IMG/VR virus record: IMGVR_UViG_3300027917_004314
DNA: 64,000 nucleotides
Origin: a virus
Taxonomy: Duplodnaviria > Caudoviricetes
Direction: 5' to 3' (one strand)
Below are positions 1 to 10,512 of the stretch, piece after piece. The translations under genes were made by a program, and so were the position numbers. Each line of letters opens with the position of its first letter. Position 1 is the stretch's first letter. Under the pieces are notes generated by a model. It was not told the origin of the DNA, ran no database searches, and saw only the letters and a program-made list of their open reading frames with translations.

Positions 1-3000
1 TTAATCCATTAAGGATAGTTTATAGATCTGGTCGAACCTGCTGGCTTTTTTATCGTCAACTAGGTATTCTATTGCCCGTTCAGTTCTAGATCTCCTAGTC
101 TCTTCGGCTGGTTCCCTAGCAATTTCTTCATAAGGCCATATTCTAGCTTCTTCTGGAGTTTCCTCGCCCATGGCTTCTAACACTGCTGCACGGACAGGGA
201 AGCATTCAATTTTGCTAAGATCTCTTGGAAGTCTCTTCTCTACGAAGAACGGCCAACCTTTGCAGCCAGCTCTTTCTCGTGCGCGTGATCTCTCTGCTGG
301 GTCTTCTATACTTTTGAGCTTTAATCCGATTTCTCTCTTGGTTGCTGGCGGAGAAACCTTTACCTTCTTTCCGAATGACCACGGATTTAAGCCAGGATGT
401 CTTTCTTGTGATCTTTCGACATATTCTTTTTTCCTAGCTTCGTAAATGGCTTCCCTCTCAACAGCTTTAATACCCTTGAGCTTTGGCGCAAATTCTTCTC
501 TCACTTCATCCCAGATATCTTTGTACTTCGGCCTATTTCTAGGGCCGCCGACATCAGTTTCGCCGGTTGGAGTGGCATTTACTTTTTGGCATGTAGCTGA
601 CTTTGGTTTGCCGTTTTTATAAAAAGTAATCGTCACGAGTGAGTATATTGGGGTTCGCATTGGCACTTGGATTATCTCTGGCACCAGCTCGCCGCTGATC
701 AGATCGCGTTTCATGATTGGTTTCTTGGTGCGCGGATCTTTTCTTTCTACCTCTTTACGCCAACTTATCCATTCTTCAACCACAAAGGCCTTTTTCTCTG
801 GCCCGACCACTTCTTCTACCGGCTCTATTGGAGAAGGCTCTGGGACTTCTCGTGGCGGCAACGGTTCTTTGCTCACTTTACCCTGTATCAAACCCATGTT
901 CTTAAACAGAGCATTGTATCGAGTGCTATGTCCCTCTTCAAATAGAGATTTTTGATACTCTTGTTCTTCTTCTGGCAACGTCTCAAATTTTTTGCTTTGT
1001 TCGCCAATAATTCTCTGCTCTCTTTCTTTGAGGTTTTCGCCCATCGGCGCTCTCTCGCGCACTTTCTTTAGTTTTACATGTCCTCCCGTAATACTTGGAT
1101 CAAGGGGCTCGCTGACGTCCCTAAGGCCATTTTCATCCACAAGTACTAGATTTTCCAAAACTACATGACCACTGACCCATAAGTTATAAAGGTTTTTGTT
1201 TTCTGGAAGTTTTAGTCGGCGTCGCTTTTCAGCACGCTCTACGAGTTTGGTACTCTTCCAATCAAACTCGCCGGTTTCGCGGTCAAACGCCATTGAATAT
1301 ACTCTTTTTTCCCTCGTGTTTGGCTCGGTAACCGTAACGGTAACGTATTTTTGTTTAGTTGTATCAGGATAGTCAGGATGGTCGCTATGCATAGCTTTCA
1401 TTAGTACTTTGCTAAAGCGTAGCTCGATTTTCCTTTTCAGGAGGTCTTCAAAACCCATTCTGGATCTCTCTGGCGTGTGGTTGAAACTCTTGTCTAATGA
1501 AGTGGTAGACCATTCATAGTCACCATTCCATTTGAATTCTACCCTATATTTGCCTTTCTCGTTGCCGAAGTCGTCATCGGGAGCCTTTTTTGGCTCCTCT
1601 TTTTTTATTTCTTCCTCTCTTTCCAGTCGAGGAGTAGTTGGCTTTTCTTTTCCGTACCAGTTAGCTATAGGGCCACCCTCTTGAATATCGAAGTAATACG
1701 TCTGCCGGTTGTTTCTAGCATCTGTAACGACGGCGGTAACGATAGTCCCAGGTGGTTTCCCTGCCTTTAGTTGCTCTTCATAAGAAAGCCAGGACCTATC
1801 CCAGCTCCCCGAATCTTCGTTATAGGTAGATTTAGGAGTCACACCACGTACTCCCATATTATGTAGCCCAATTTTTCCTAAGTGGTCTTGTAATGCTTCG
1901 TCAAATGGACGTTGCAATCTGCGGCCGGTTGTAGATAGGGATTTCTGACGACCGCTTGTGTCTTTAAAACTTAAAGTAATGCGGTATTCTTCGTTCGGCC
2001 GTACTTCGAATTCCCCCAGGCCGAATTCGTGTATTCCGGCAATGCCCACTTCTGGCTCTGGTAGTTTTGGTTCTGGTTTCTTCGGAGGAAAATATTTCAT
2101 TCCTGGAGGTCTCTCTGGCTCTAATTTGGGTTCCTCTTCTTCAGGTAGAGCAGATGTCCATACATCTTCTTCTTCGTCATCCTGAGCCAGCTTTAGCATT
2201 CTTTTGACAGCGGAAGCTCTTGCCCCTATTGTTTTATTAAGAATTTCGATTCTCAGCGCAGAGGCCTTAATTGTTTCCGGATCAGCGGGCTCTGGTGGCG
2301 GTGTTTTTTCCATTATTTTTTTCTCTTCCAGTGCCACTTCAGGATTAGTTGATAGGGGAGCACCAGCTTCTTCAGCCTCGAATTTCTTTAGTTCCTCTAC
2401 CAAATTAAACGATGGTTGAGCCAAAACTTTTTGAATTTTTATTAACAAGTCATCTCTATATCTTTTAAATCTTTCTGCTTCCTCCTCTGCGTGTACAATA
2501 TCTGCTTCAGTTTGTGTATATATCTCCATAAACGACTCTAGTTCGCTTCCATACTGAGCACTAAGCGTTTCTGGGGTCGCACTAGGATTAGACTTAAGAT
2601 ATTGCAGTACTCTAACTTCTGGCGGCACATCGATTTTAATCTTAGATGCGGCCTTCTCTGCTTTTTGTAGTGATTTAATCTCTTCTAATCCATGCGGGAA
2701 ATCTTCTTTTATATTTTTTTTGATTCTCTTTTTTGTTGCGGGAGGAACTTCTGGGTTTTCTAAAAGTCCCTTTGCTCTTAGCAACTCACTGTCCATCTCG
2801 GATCGTATAGTTTCGACTTCTTTTAAGAGTGGTTTATATTTTTCCAACTTTTCCACGTATTTCTTGAGTTCTGGCGACCATTTTTTATAGACGGAGTCGC
2901 GCGTTTCATCTGGATTTTGTTCAAAGTAGTGTAGAACTCGCATGCCGGCAGGGCGTCTGTGCCAAAGAGCTGCAATTTGTTTGCGGAGTACAGTCGAAGT

Positions 3001-4278
3001 TCGCTTATGGCGCATGTAGATTGCTTCCATCGCCTTGCGTCTTGCTTTTAGCTTATATTTCTTGAGTTCTGGCAGAAATTTCTCTTTTAAATAGTTTATC
3101 CATGTGGCAAATGCTGGTTTTGTATGTTCCCAATTCCAAGCGGCAATGTCAATACTCTTAAAAGCTGGAGACGAAGATATAGCCTCTTCTGATTCTGTTA
3201 GTTCCTCCCAAGGCTCTTTTCGTTGCATTATGCGTCTAATATCTGCCACACCGGTTCCAATCACCAATGCTGGACCAACCCATCCGTATTGAGACAATAG
3301 CCTTTTCGAGCTTGGTAGTGGTTCACCGTTCTTGTCATATTTTATTTTTTTGTAGATTTCAGGCGGCAATGTCTGCATTAGTTTTGCATTGTAACGATCA
3401 ATCAACAACCTAAATCTTTCTCCAGAAAGGTGCAGTGGTTTGGTAATTTGATCTGTAGTGAAATAGGCCGGTATTTTAAGTGGAATTGGCGTTCCGTCTT
3501 CACTGTATTTTGGCTCGCCGGTTTCTGGGTCTTTTTCTACATTTAATCTGTACCACATGGCGTCTTCCAGAATTTTACGACTATCTGGCTTGACGCCACG
3601 TATAGTTTCATTGCCAAGAGTGGTCTTTCCTTCGTCATTATAGATCTGCAAGGCCATGGCTGGAGTGGGCCTTGCACCTGTTCTGCCGAGATAATGTCTC
3701 AGTTCTTGGATCGCATCAGTGACTTCATAGTCTTGACGCCCTCTCTCAGATTCTAATTTTTGAGAGATTTGTTTATAGATCCGCATACAGTTTTGGCATT
3801 CTATTTTTGTGTTCCCGGTTAATGGATCATATATTGGCCGATTCAGGTAGAAACATCTTGGGCATTCCTTGGCAATAGTTGCCCCAGGTTCGTATACTTT
3901 TCCGCCCGCCGTGAAGCCAAGTTCTCCGTGCATTACTCCAACTTCGTATGCTAGTGTACCTGGCATTACAACTGGAGTTTCTTTAGATAGTTCTTCTTCT
4001 CCTTCTTCTTCTGGTTCTTCTTCAGTTAAACCTGTAAATGCCTCTGGTTTAGCAGACGGTTCTTCTGCTGTGGGTGGGGCTTTTGTTGGCGGAACCACTG
4101 GAGGGGCCTCTTCTGGCGCTTCCTCTGGCACTTCGAGCCCAAACGCCTCACCAAATTCTTTGGCTGCTTCTGGAGATTCCTCCCACTCTTCATCTTCGTT
4201 GGCAGCCAAAATGAGGATATCTTCCAGCATTGCTTGGGTATATATTTCTTTGATGCGGTCAAACCTTTTAATTCCCAT
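1..4278 (-). CDS. Large Glu/Pro/Lys-rich hypothetical protein (1425 aa) with an N-proximal CxxC...CxxC Zn ribbon; possibly an internal virion protein
   Basis: Long open frame ending in TAA at 3..1; GGAG upstream of the ATG on the minus strand; CPRC/CQNC pair; product not recognised. Confidence 0.8.
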   Translation of the reverse strand: MGIKRFDRIKEIYTQAMLEDILILAANEDEEWEESPEAAKEFGEAFGLEVPEEAPEEAPPVVPPTKAPPTAEEPSAKPEAFTGLTEEEPEEEGEEELSKETPVVMPGTLAYEVGVMHGELGFTAGGKVYEPGATIAKECPRCFYLNRPIYDPLTGNTKIECQNCMRIYKQISQKLESERGRQDYEVTDAIQELRHYLGRTGARPTPAMALQIYNDEGKTTLGNETIRGVKPDSRKILEDAMWYRLNVEKDPETGEPKYSEDGTPIPLKIPAYFTTDQITKPLHLSGERFRLLIDRYNAKLMQTLPPEIYKKIKYDKNGEPLPSSKRLLSQYGWVGPALVIGTGVADIRRIMQRKEPWEELTESEEAISSSPAFKSIDIAAWNWEHTKPAFATWINYLKEKFLPELKKYKLKARRKAMEAIYMRHKRTSTVLRKQIAALWHRRPAGMRVLHYFEQNPDETRDSVYKKWSPELKKYVEKLEKYKPLLKEVETIRSEMDSELLRAKGLLENPEVPPATKKRIKKNIKEDFPHGLEEIKSLQKAEKAASKIKIDVPPEVRVLQYLKSNPSATPETLSAQYGSELESFMEIYTQTEADIVHAEEEAERFKRYRDDLLIKIQKVLAQPSFNLVEELKKFEAEEAGAPLSTNPEVALEEKKIMEKTPPPEPADPETIKASALRIEILNKTIGARASAVKRMLKLAQDDEEEDVWTSALPEEEEPKLEPERPPGMKYFPPKKPEPKLPEPEVGIAGIHEFGLGEFEVRPNEEYRITLSFKDTSGRQKSLSTTGRRLQRPFDEALQDHLGKIGLHNMGVRGVTPKSTYNEDSGSWDRSWLSYEEQLKAGKPPGTIVTAVVTDARNNRQTYYFDIQEGGPIANWYGKEKPTTPRLEREEEIKKEEPKKAPDDDFGNEKGKYRVEFKWNGDYEWSTTSLDKSFNHTPERSRMGFEDLLKRKIELRFSKVLMKAMHSDHPDYPDTTKQKYVTVTVTEPNTREKRVYSMAFDRETGEFDWKSTKLVERAEKRRRLKLPENKNLYNLWVSGHVVLENLVLVDENGLRDVSEPLDPSITGGHVKLKKVRERAPMGENLKEREQRIIGEQSKKFETLPEEEQEYQKSLFEEGHSTRYNALFKNMGLIQGKVSKEPLPPREVPEPSPIEPVEEVVGPEKKAFVVEEWISWRKEVERKDPRTKKPIMKRDLISGELVPEIIQVPMRTPIYSLVTITFYKNGKPKSATCQKVNATPTGETDVGGPRNRPKYKDIWDEVREEFAPKLKGIKAVEREAIYEARKKEYVERSQERHPGLNPWSFGKKVKVSPPATKREIGLKLKSIEDPAERSRARERAGCKGWPFFVEKRLPRDLSKIECFPVRAAVLEAMGEETPEEARIWPYEEIAREPAEETRRSRTERAIEYLVDDKKASRFDQIYKLSLMD

Positions 4279-4354
4279 ATTAGTCCACTCCGTATGATTT
4301 TAGATATTAAGATCCATATATATCTATTGTTATTAATAGACTTTTTAAAAGTTT

Positions 4355-4383
4355 TTGACATTTTGTATAGATTTTGCTATCAT
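4355..4383 (+). promoter_or_regulatory. Sigma70-type promoter for the rightward operon
   Basis: TTGACA (4355-4360), 17-nt spacer, TATCAT (4378-4383) in the divergent intergenic region. Confidence 0.7.
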
Positions 4384-4551
4384 TCTTATATTAGAAGTAT
4401 CAATACAATTTTTACTATAAGTAGGATACATATTATTAGACTCAATATTTGTAATAAACACATAGATTACGACGACATATATTTTTGGATAGTTGGGAAG
4501 GTTGGAGTTGTCTCAGTACAACAGTTTTACTGAAAACTTAGGAGCATAAAA

Positions 4552-5304
4552 GTGCAGTATGATTTACAATTACAGAAAGGGGGCCGGCTCGTAGCATCGG
4601 AGTGGGACTCTAACAAGAACGATTTCACTACTAAAGAAGTTAGAGTAGAAGAATTTAGATTCCATTTAAACGACACTATCTGTTTAGGTCACGGCGTCAC
4701 CTTAAGAGACATATTCGCCTTAATATCCAATGACTTGCACTTATTCTGTATGAATACCGGTTGTATGTTTTTGGTGGACTTAGCGAATGAAGCATTATCT
4801 GCTCCCATAATGTGTAGATATGATATAGTCGCTCTCAGACTGGGGTGGGGTGCTATTTTGGACGTTGATGGCGGGAACAATTTTTTCGAATATCATATAG
4901 ATTTTCATGGGTTAAAACAAGGTAATAAACGTTGTGGAGTCCAATTTTTCCCGGCGAATGAGCTTGCGGCGTATCCAATAATATTAGACGAGAGATTTGA
5001 TATTCTTGATGGCCAATCCGACAAAGTTATACTGGAAACTAATAGAAAATTTCACTTACTTGATGTAGTTTGTGGAGTAGTTGATGAATTATCGTATATG
5101 GGCAGCCCAGAAATAAAAAAGTTCGCGCTACAAGAAATAAGGGACACTCAATGGCAGTTTACGTCTAATTCTAAAAAAATAGTAAGTATGTATGAAGAGA
5201 TAGGCAGGCCGTGTACAGCATGTGGAGAGGAAGCAAGGTACCCTTCATTCGGCAAGCCACATGATATTTGTATAAACTGTTTTAATAAAATGAAGGAGAA
5301 TTGA
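4552..5304 (+). CDS. Hypothetical protein with C-terminal CxxC Zn ribbon
   Basis: GTG start with GGAG RBS; CTAC...CINC. Confidence 0.75.
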   Translation: MQYDLQLQKGGRLVASEWDSNKNDFTTKEVRVEEFRFHLNDTICLGHGVTLRDIFALISNDLHLFCMNTGCMFLVDLANEALSAPIMCRYDIVALRLGWGAILDVDGGNNFFEYHIDFHGLKQGNKRCGVQFFPANELAAYPIILDERFDILDGQSDKVILETNRKFHLLDVVCGVVDELSYMGSPEIKKFALQEIRDTQWQFTSNSKKIVSMYEEIGRPCTACGEEARYPSFGKPHDICINCFNKMKEN

Positions 5305-5305
5305 G

Positions 5306-5761
5306 ATGAGAATTTTTGAAGCTTTAAATAATACATTAAAGGAAGCCATGCTGGCCAGAGATCAAAAGACATTGGACGTGGTTAGGGCAATTAAGGCTCG
5401 GCTTGCTGAGTACCAAGTTACAAATGGTTTAGATAGGTCTAAAATTCCAGATGACATTCATATGATTAAGGTTCTACGAGCATATAAGAAATCACTTGAA
5501 AGAGGTATTTCCCAGCTAAAAAAGGGTGGGGAAGCCGCCAGGCCGCTTATAAATTCATATAAAGAAGAAATTGAATTTTGTGAGTTGTATCTTCCTGACG
5601 CCGCAGCACAAAAAGAGGCAATTGTTAAAGTTATTGACGACGCAATGAAGTCTCCCGACCTTAGGAATGTTCCAGTCCTAATAAAACACATTATGACTTC
5701 GAATCCCCATTTTGATGGTAAGATTGTAAAAGACATAGTGTCGGAAAAACTTAGGAGATAA
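5306..5761 (+). CDS. GatB/YqeY domain protein
   Basis: LKEAMLARD..LDVVRAIKA, EEIEFCELYLP pattern typical of YqeY. Confidence 0.75.
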   Translation: MRIFEALNNTLKEAMLARDQKTLDVVRAIKARLAEYQVTNGLDRSKIPDDIHMIKVLRAYKKSLERGISQLKKGGEAARPLINSYKEEIEFCELYLPDAAAQKEAIVKVIDDAMKSPDLRNVPVLIKHIMTSNPHFDGKIVKDIVSEKLRR

Positions 5762-5762
5762 C

Positions 5763-6179
5763 ATGGAAATCCTTTTATCGCAAGACGAACAATTTCTTTT
5801 AGAAAAAGCGTATGACATATTAGAAAAATGGCGTAATATCATGAACGTGGATCCTATGTGGACGATCAAGATTCAGCCGGTAAATAACTTGGAAGAATCC
5901 CTGGCTTTTCTTAGTATGACTCGTGCCGCCAATTATCAGGCCAAAATATGTGTCAATTATGACGTGTTCTCCTATCATGCCGAAACTTTCATGTCGGAGA
6001 TGGAATTGATCATGTGTCACGAACTCATACATCTGGTGACCGAAGACTTTATGCGGACAGCGATGTTGGCAGCCGGATATAACAGAAAACTAATTGACGA
6101 GTTGAAGTACAAATACGAGCAGCTCACATCTAGGCTACAAAAGACTATTCTAAGTTTGACTACAAAGGAGAGTGAATGA
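5763..6179 (+). CDS. Putative Zn metallopeptidase-like protein
   Basis: HELIH (HExxH) motif. Confidence 0.55.
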   Translation: MEILLSQDEQFLLEKAYDILEKWRNIMNVDPMWTIKIQPVNNLEESLAFLSMTRAANYQAKICVNYDVFSYHAETFMSEMELIMCHELIHLVTEDFMRTAMLAAGYNRKLIDELKYKYEQLTSRLQKTILSLTTKESE

Positions 6180-7372
6180 AAGTAATTTTTAGTGCATGCG
6201 GATCTAGGAAAGCAACTGTTAGAATTACGATAGACGCTGGCTCTATAGTGGAATATGGTGGGACATGGACGCCGGGTATAGCTCATTTGACAGAGCACAT
6301 GGTATTTCAAGGTTGCGGCGATTTTGACCAAGATATTTTAAACAAACAGATGGCTTCTCTAGGGGCAGATCATAATGCCGGGACTTGGCACAACAGGGTG
6401 GGGTTCTACGTAGAAGCACCAGCAGAGAACATTAATAAAGCAGTAGAACTTATGGCATTGACGCTGTTAAATAGAACATTTGATCAGGAGTCTTTAGATA
6501 AAGAGAAATTGGTAGTGCTAGTAGAAGAGCGCAACGGCCGAGATGACATCGATGCTACAATTCGAGATAGACTCATATCCTTTCTATGTAAGGGCCCCAT
6601 TGCTGTTCCCATTATAGGTACAGCAGAATCAATTGTGTCAATCTCTCTAGAGGAACTGCAGGCTTTTTATGACCATTACTATAAACCATCCAGAATGTTG
6701 ATGACTATAACAGGTCCAAGTGACTTAAATTGCGATGAATTGGCGAGTCACTTCGGGGGCGATACTGGAAGATTTCTTAGAACAAAAGATAAACACGCTA
6801 ATAAGCATTTAAAATCTAGAAGGCTGGTGTGGCCGGCAGACGTTAAGCAAGCACGAATGTTTATCGCACACAAAGCATTTTCAATGGGAGATGTCCGTAG
6901 TAAAGACTTATATTTTATGTCGCGATTTTTCTCTAACGGCGTAGATTCTAGACTGTTCTATGAACTTAGACAAAAAAGAGGCCTGTGCTATGGAATCGGT
7001 TCATCCATTGTTATTGAAGACGACATAGGATGGTTCATAATTCATACGAAAACATCTGACGAAAACATCCCAGCGTGTACTAGATTAGTCTATAAAGAAA
7101 TTAAGAAATTCTTGGAGAATGGACCCACGGAAGAAGAAATAATTAGGGCAAAAAACAAGTATATTAGCGATATCTATGGATTTATAGAGACATCGTACGG
7201 TCTAAACACAATGTTAGAGATGAGGGCATTCAATAATTTGCCGCCGATCGAGAATTCTATTAATGCTATAAAAAGGATGACGGCTAACAAAATTATGCCG
7301 GCTTGTAGAGAAGTATTTCAAAAAGATAATAGAAAAGTCTTTATTTGCGTGCCACAAGGAGATGTAAAGTGA
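6176..7372 (+). CDS. M16 family (pitrilysin-like) Zn peptidase
   Basis: GIAHLTEHMVFQG (HxxEH), NAGT, SRLFYELRQKRGLCY. Confidence 0.9.
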   Translation: MKVIFSACGSRKATVRITIDAGSIVEYGGTWTPGIAHLTEHMVFQGCGDFDQDILNKQMASLGADHNAGTWHNRVGFYVEAPAENINKAVELMALTLLNRTFDQESLDKEKLVVLVEERNGRDDIDATIRDRLISFLCKGPIAVPIIGTAESIVSISLEELQAFYDHYYKPSRMLMTITGPSDLNCDELASHFGGDTGRFLRTKDKHANKHLKSRRLVWPADVKQARMFIAHKAFSMGDVRSKDLYFMSRFFSNGVDSRLFYELRQKRGLCYGIGSSIVIEDDIGWFIIHTKTSDENIPACTRLVYKEIKKFLENGPTEEEIIRAKNKYISDIYGFIETSYGLNTMLEMRAFNNLPPIENSINAIKRMTANKIMPACREVFQKDNRKVFICVPQGDVK

Positions 7373-8019
7373 CATTAAAAGAACAGGTCCTGGAACTCAG
7401 ACAAAAGTGTTACGATTGTAAGGAATGTCCGCTTGGTAGGAAGTTAGTAGATGATTTAGACCCACACGTTTTTGCCAGTGGTTATGTGAAGTCGAAAGTG
7501 TTTTTCGTGGGTGAGGCACCTGGTGGAGACGAGGTGAAGAATAAACGTCCACTTGTGGGCCGGGCAGGTCAATTTTTCGACAATCGCGTGTTGGGCGTTG
7601 CTGGGATCGAAAGACGCAATATTTTCGCGACCAACGCAGTTTTGTGTCGACCAAATGAGAAAAATCGGACTCCATTACCAGCAGAAATTGAAATTTGTCG
7701 ACATCATTTGGACGCCCAAATATGTCTGTTAGAGCCCAAATTGCTGGTCACACTGGGGAATGTGCCACTTCACAGTGTTTGTGAAACAAAAGGCATCACC
7801 AAGATGCGAGGAAAACTGGTATGGTCAAGAGAATGGTCGAACGGTAAAAGAATTCCTACTCTCCCGGTTTTTCATCCGTCCTATTGTCTACGTGGTTCGG
7901 GGCTTTCGGAGATGGCAGATGATGCTCGTACAATCGGCGTATTATATAAAAAGATAATAGCTGGGGAGGACATTGATGGCGAAATCGAAGAATGCAGTCC
8001 AATATATAGTAGTACGTAA
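7369..8019 (+). CDS. Uracil-DNA glycosylase family 4 (4Fe-4S)
   Basis: CYDCKECPL, GEAPG, CRP, HPS motifs; GTG start overlapping the upstream TGA. Confidence 0.9.
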   Translation: MTLKEQVLELRQKCYDCKECPLGRKLVDDLDPHVFASGYVKSKVFFVGEAPGGDEVKNKRPLVGRAGQFFDNRVLGVAGIERRNIFATNAVLCRPNEKNRTPLPAEIEICRHHLDAQICLLEPKLLVTLGNVPLHSVCETKGITKMRGKLVWSREWSNGKRIPTLPVFHPSYCLRGSGLSEMADDARTIGVLYKKIIAGEDIDGEIEECSPIYSST

Positions 8020-8410
8020 AGACTTAATAGACGAAATGGGTGTCGGGAAAACTGCTGCGCAGGTAGCACATGCGTCTCTTGGTGTGATTGTAGAAAAAGT
8101 GTTAAAAGAAGATATATATCTTATGATTGATGTAGAGATGCCACAGATCATAGATAGACCCGCGACTAATAGTTGGTTCAGGGGCAGATTTACTAAATTG
8201 GTTGTTTATGTGAAAACTAAGCAAAAATTGCTTAATTTAGCAAAAAAACTTGACAATTTGGGTATACGGACTAAATTAATATATGACGCCTGTTTTACTG
8301 TCTTAGAACCAGAGGAAACAGACGGAACCACTCTGACTTGTATGGGAGTGGAGCCAATGTTTAGAGATGACATCCCTAAATGTCTGAAAAAATTACAACT
8401 TTTGGAGTAA
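7976..8410 (+). CDS. pth2: Peptidyl-tRNA hydrolase, Pth2 type
   Basis: VVRKDL..MGVGKTAAQVAHAS, KLVV, T..EP...T.TC.G..P; GGAGG RBS. Confidence 0.85.
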   Translation: MAKSKNAVQYIVVRKDLIDEMGVGKTAAQVAHASLGVIVEKVLKEDIYLMIDVEMPQIIDRPATNSWFRGRFTKLVVYVKTKQKLLNLAKKLDNLGIRTKLIYDACFTVLEPEETDGTTLTCMGVEPMFRDDIPKCLKKLQLLE

Positions 8411-8412
8411 CA

Positions 8413-8748
8413 ATGAACAGCACATGGAGACGCAGCGGATTGAAATATACATGTAAAAAAGAAGCTGGTAGGATACAGGAACACGAGTGCCCGGAATGTG
8501 GGTCTAGATGCGAAGTGGAAAAGGACATAGCAAGACCCCCGATTACAGGTTTTGCTAGTGCCATGTCTTGGCATAGCGTTCCAAAGATTTATGATCTGTT
8601 TTTTTGTCCCAACAATGAAAAGGCGTGGCATCAGAATTTAATGGCAATAAGGGAAGAACTTAGCGAGATAGTGAGCCCTAGTCTTAGGACATTAATAATA
8701 GAAGACATTGCAACAATACTTATAAGACATAAAGAGGAAATAAAATGA
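8413..8748 (+). CDS. Hypothetical Zn-ribbon protein
   Basis: CPECGSRC; ATG after the Pth2 stop with GGAG RBS. Confidence 0.65.
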   Translation: MNSTWRRSGLKYTCKKEAGRIQEHECPECGSRCEVEKDIARPPITGFASAMSWHSVPKIYDLFFCPNNEKAWHQNLMAIREELSEIVSPSLRTLIIEDIATILIRHKEEIK

Positions 8749-9230
8749 CCATGAAAAGAGAAAATTACATATCATGGCACCAATTCTTTATGGCGATAGC
8801 AGAACTGGCTTCATTAAGGTCTAAAGACCCAAATACTCAGGTAGGTGCGTGTATAGTAGATGAGGACAATAAAGTCATTAGTGTAGGATATAATGGTTTT
8901 CCGAATGGGTGTTCTGATGATGAGTTGCCGTGGAGTATTGGGACAAATTTTTTAAATTCTAAGTACACATATGTTGTTCATGCCGAGCAGAATTGCATAA
9001 TAAATGCTAAAAGAGATTTAACTGGCACAATTATGTATGTTTCCCTATTTCCATGTAACGAATGTGCAAAATCTATAGTGCAGGCCGGAATTAAAAAGGT
9101 ATATTTCTTGCGTGACAAATACCATGATAGAGATTTTACGATTGCTGCCAGAAAGATGTTCGATTTGGCTGGCGTGGAATACGAACAGCTTGAATTTGAC
9201 GGCGTTAAAATAAATATAGATTTGGAATAA
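8745..9230 (+). CDS. dCMP deaminase
   Basis: SKDPNTQVGAC, GYNG, HAEQN, PCNEC. Confidence 0.93.
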   Translation: MTMKRENYISWHQFFMAIAELASLRSKDPNTQVGACIVDEDNKVISVGYNGFPNGCSDDELPWSIGTNFLNSKYTYVVHAEQNCIINAKRDLTGTIMYVSLFPCNECAKSIVQAGIKKVYFLRDKYHDRDFTIAARKMFDLAGVEYEQLEFDGVKINIDLE

Positions 9231-9235
9231 TATGT

Positions 9236-9577
9236 ATGAGAGTTTTTTTAGTATTAGGATGTTGGGGCCGAGAATACGGCGGTTTCAAAATCTGCAGCGG
9301 AGTAACAAACAAGATCCTTGACATAACCAAGGACTCCGAGTTGAACGTGGCGATAGCCCAATATCTTGACTCTCATTTTCACATGTTTGACAGGCCCCTT
9401 TATAACAACGTGCATACTGCCATCTGGAACATTCAAGATAAATTTAGCACCAAAGGCAAACCTGTCTTTCAAGACGTCGTATTTAGGAGTATGGAGGAAT
9501 TTTGCGTTGCACATTCTAAATGCGGGCTGTTTTTGCGTTTAGAATTAGAAGAAGGTGATCATTATGAAAAAGAGTAG
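9236..9577 (+). CDS. Hypothetical protein
   Basis: ORF fills the operon gap; no motif recognised. Confidence 0.65.
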   Translation: MRVFLVLGCWGREYGGFKICSGVTNKILDITKDSELNVAIAQYLDSHFHMFDRPLYNNVHTAIWNIQDKFSTKGKPVFQDVVFRSMEEFCVAHSKCGLFLRLELEEGDHYEKE

Positions 9578-10016
9578 TAAAACTGCATATTTAGCGGGAC
9601 CAATGGAGAATTTGAAGGACGAGGGTCTTGCATGGAGGCGAAGGTTTAGTAGGGCTCTAAAAAAAATAGGTATTGATAGTATAATACCTAACGACGAAGA
9701 AATACAAATTAAACAAGAGTACAATCTTCCAGAGCTGAAAAAGACTGACATCGACAAGTATATCGAGATAATAAGATCATTCATTGAAATGGATCTGAAA
9801 TTTGTTGAATCTGTGGATATGTTAGTTGTAAAGTGGGAAGGCGAGATGTCGTCTGGTACTTTCCATGAAGTCGGATATGCTTACCAACTTGGAACGCCTT
9901 GTTATCTCGTTACTTCGAAGGCGTTGCACGAAGTACCAGGATGGTTTTTATCCTGTTTTACAAAGGTTTTCAGCGAATTAGATGTCTTGATTTGGTATCT
10001 TAAAGAGAGGCAATAA
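9564..10016 (+). CDS. Nucleoside 2-deoxyribosyltransferase-like / nucleotide N-glycosidase
   Basis: YLAGP, D..FV..VD, SSGTFHEVGYA. Confidence 0.75.
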   Translation: MKKSSKTAYLAGPMENLKDEGLAWRRRFSRALKKIGIDSIIPNDEEIQIKQEYNLPELKKTDIDKYIEIIRSFIEMDLKFVESVDMLVVKWEGEMSSGTFHEVGYAYQLGTPCYLVTSKALHEVPGWFLSCFTKVFSELDVLIWYLKERQ

Positions 10017-10017
10017 T

Positions 10018-10509
10018 ATGGGTGTCATATTTGTTGTAGATATAGACGGCACTGTATGTAATTCTAATAAGCGCATGTTGGAAATAATTGCTAAGTACGG
10101 TGTGGAAGAGAATTGGTCCCAAGAAACGATCGACGATTTTTTAACTGAAGAAAAGATAATGGCAGACGAAGTCATGCCAGGCGCCGAAAAGTTACTAGAT
10201 TTGGCAATACGCTGTAAAGCGAAGATTGTATTTCTAACAGGTAGAAATGAATGTGCTAGGAATCTCACTAGAAAATGGTTATCTGCTAAGATGGACGTTT
10301 CCGATGATGTCCCTCTTCTTATGAGGCCTTTGGATAAAAAGAACGGACATACTGCTGATTGTAAAGAGGAAATGTTTTGTTCAGAAGTCTTGGCAAAGAA
10401 TCCAGACGCTACGTTTATTTTCTTTGAGGATGATGAAACTACGGCACTTAGATACGCTAAGTATGGTTTAGTACTGAAATCGCCAAAATGCTGGGAATGT
10501 ATCGAGTAA
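10018..10509 (+). CDS. HAD-superfamily phosphatase (similar to the PNKP 3'-phosphatase domain)
   Basis: DIDGT, LTGR, LLMRP, K, FFEDD. Confidence 0.8.
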   Translation: MGVIFVVDIDGTVCNSNKRMLEIIAKYGVEENWSQETIDDFLTEEKIMADEVMPGAEKLLDLAIRCKAKIVFLTGRNECARNLTRKWLSAKMDVSDDVPLLMRPLDKKNGHTADCKEEMFCSEVLAKNPDATFIFFEDDETTALRYAKYGLVLKSPKCWECIE

Positions 10510-10512
10510 CAG

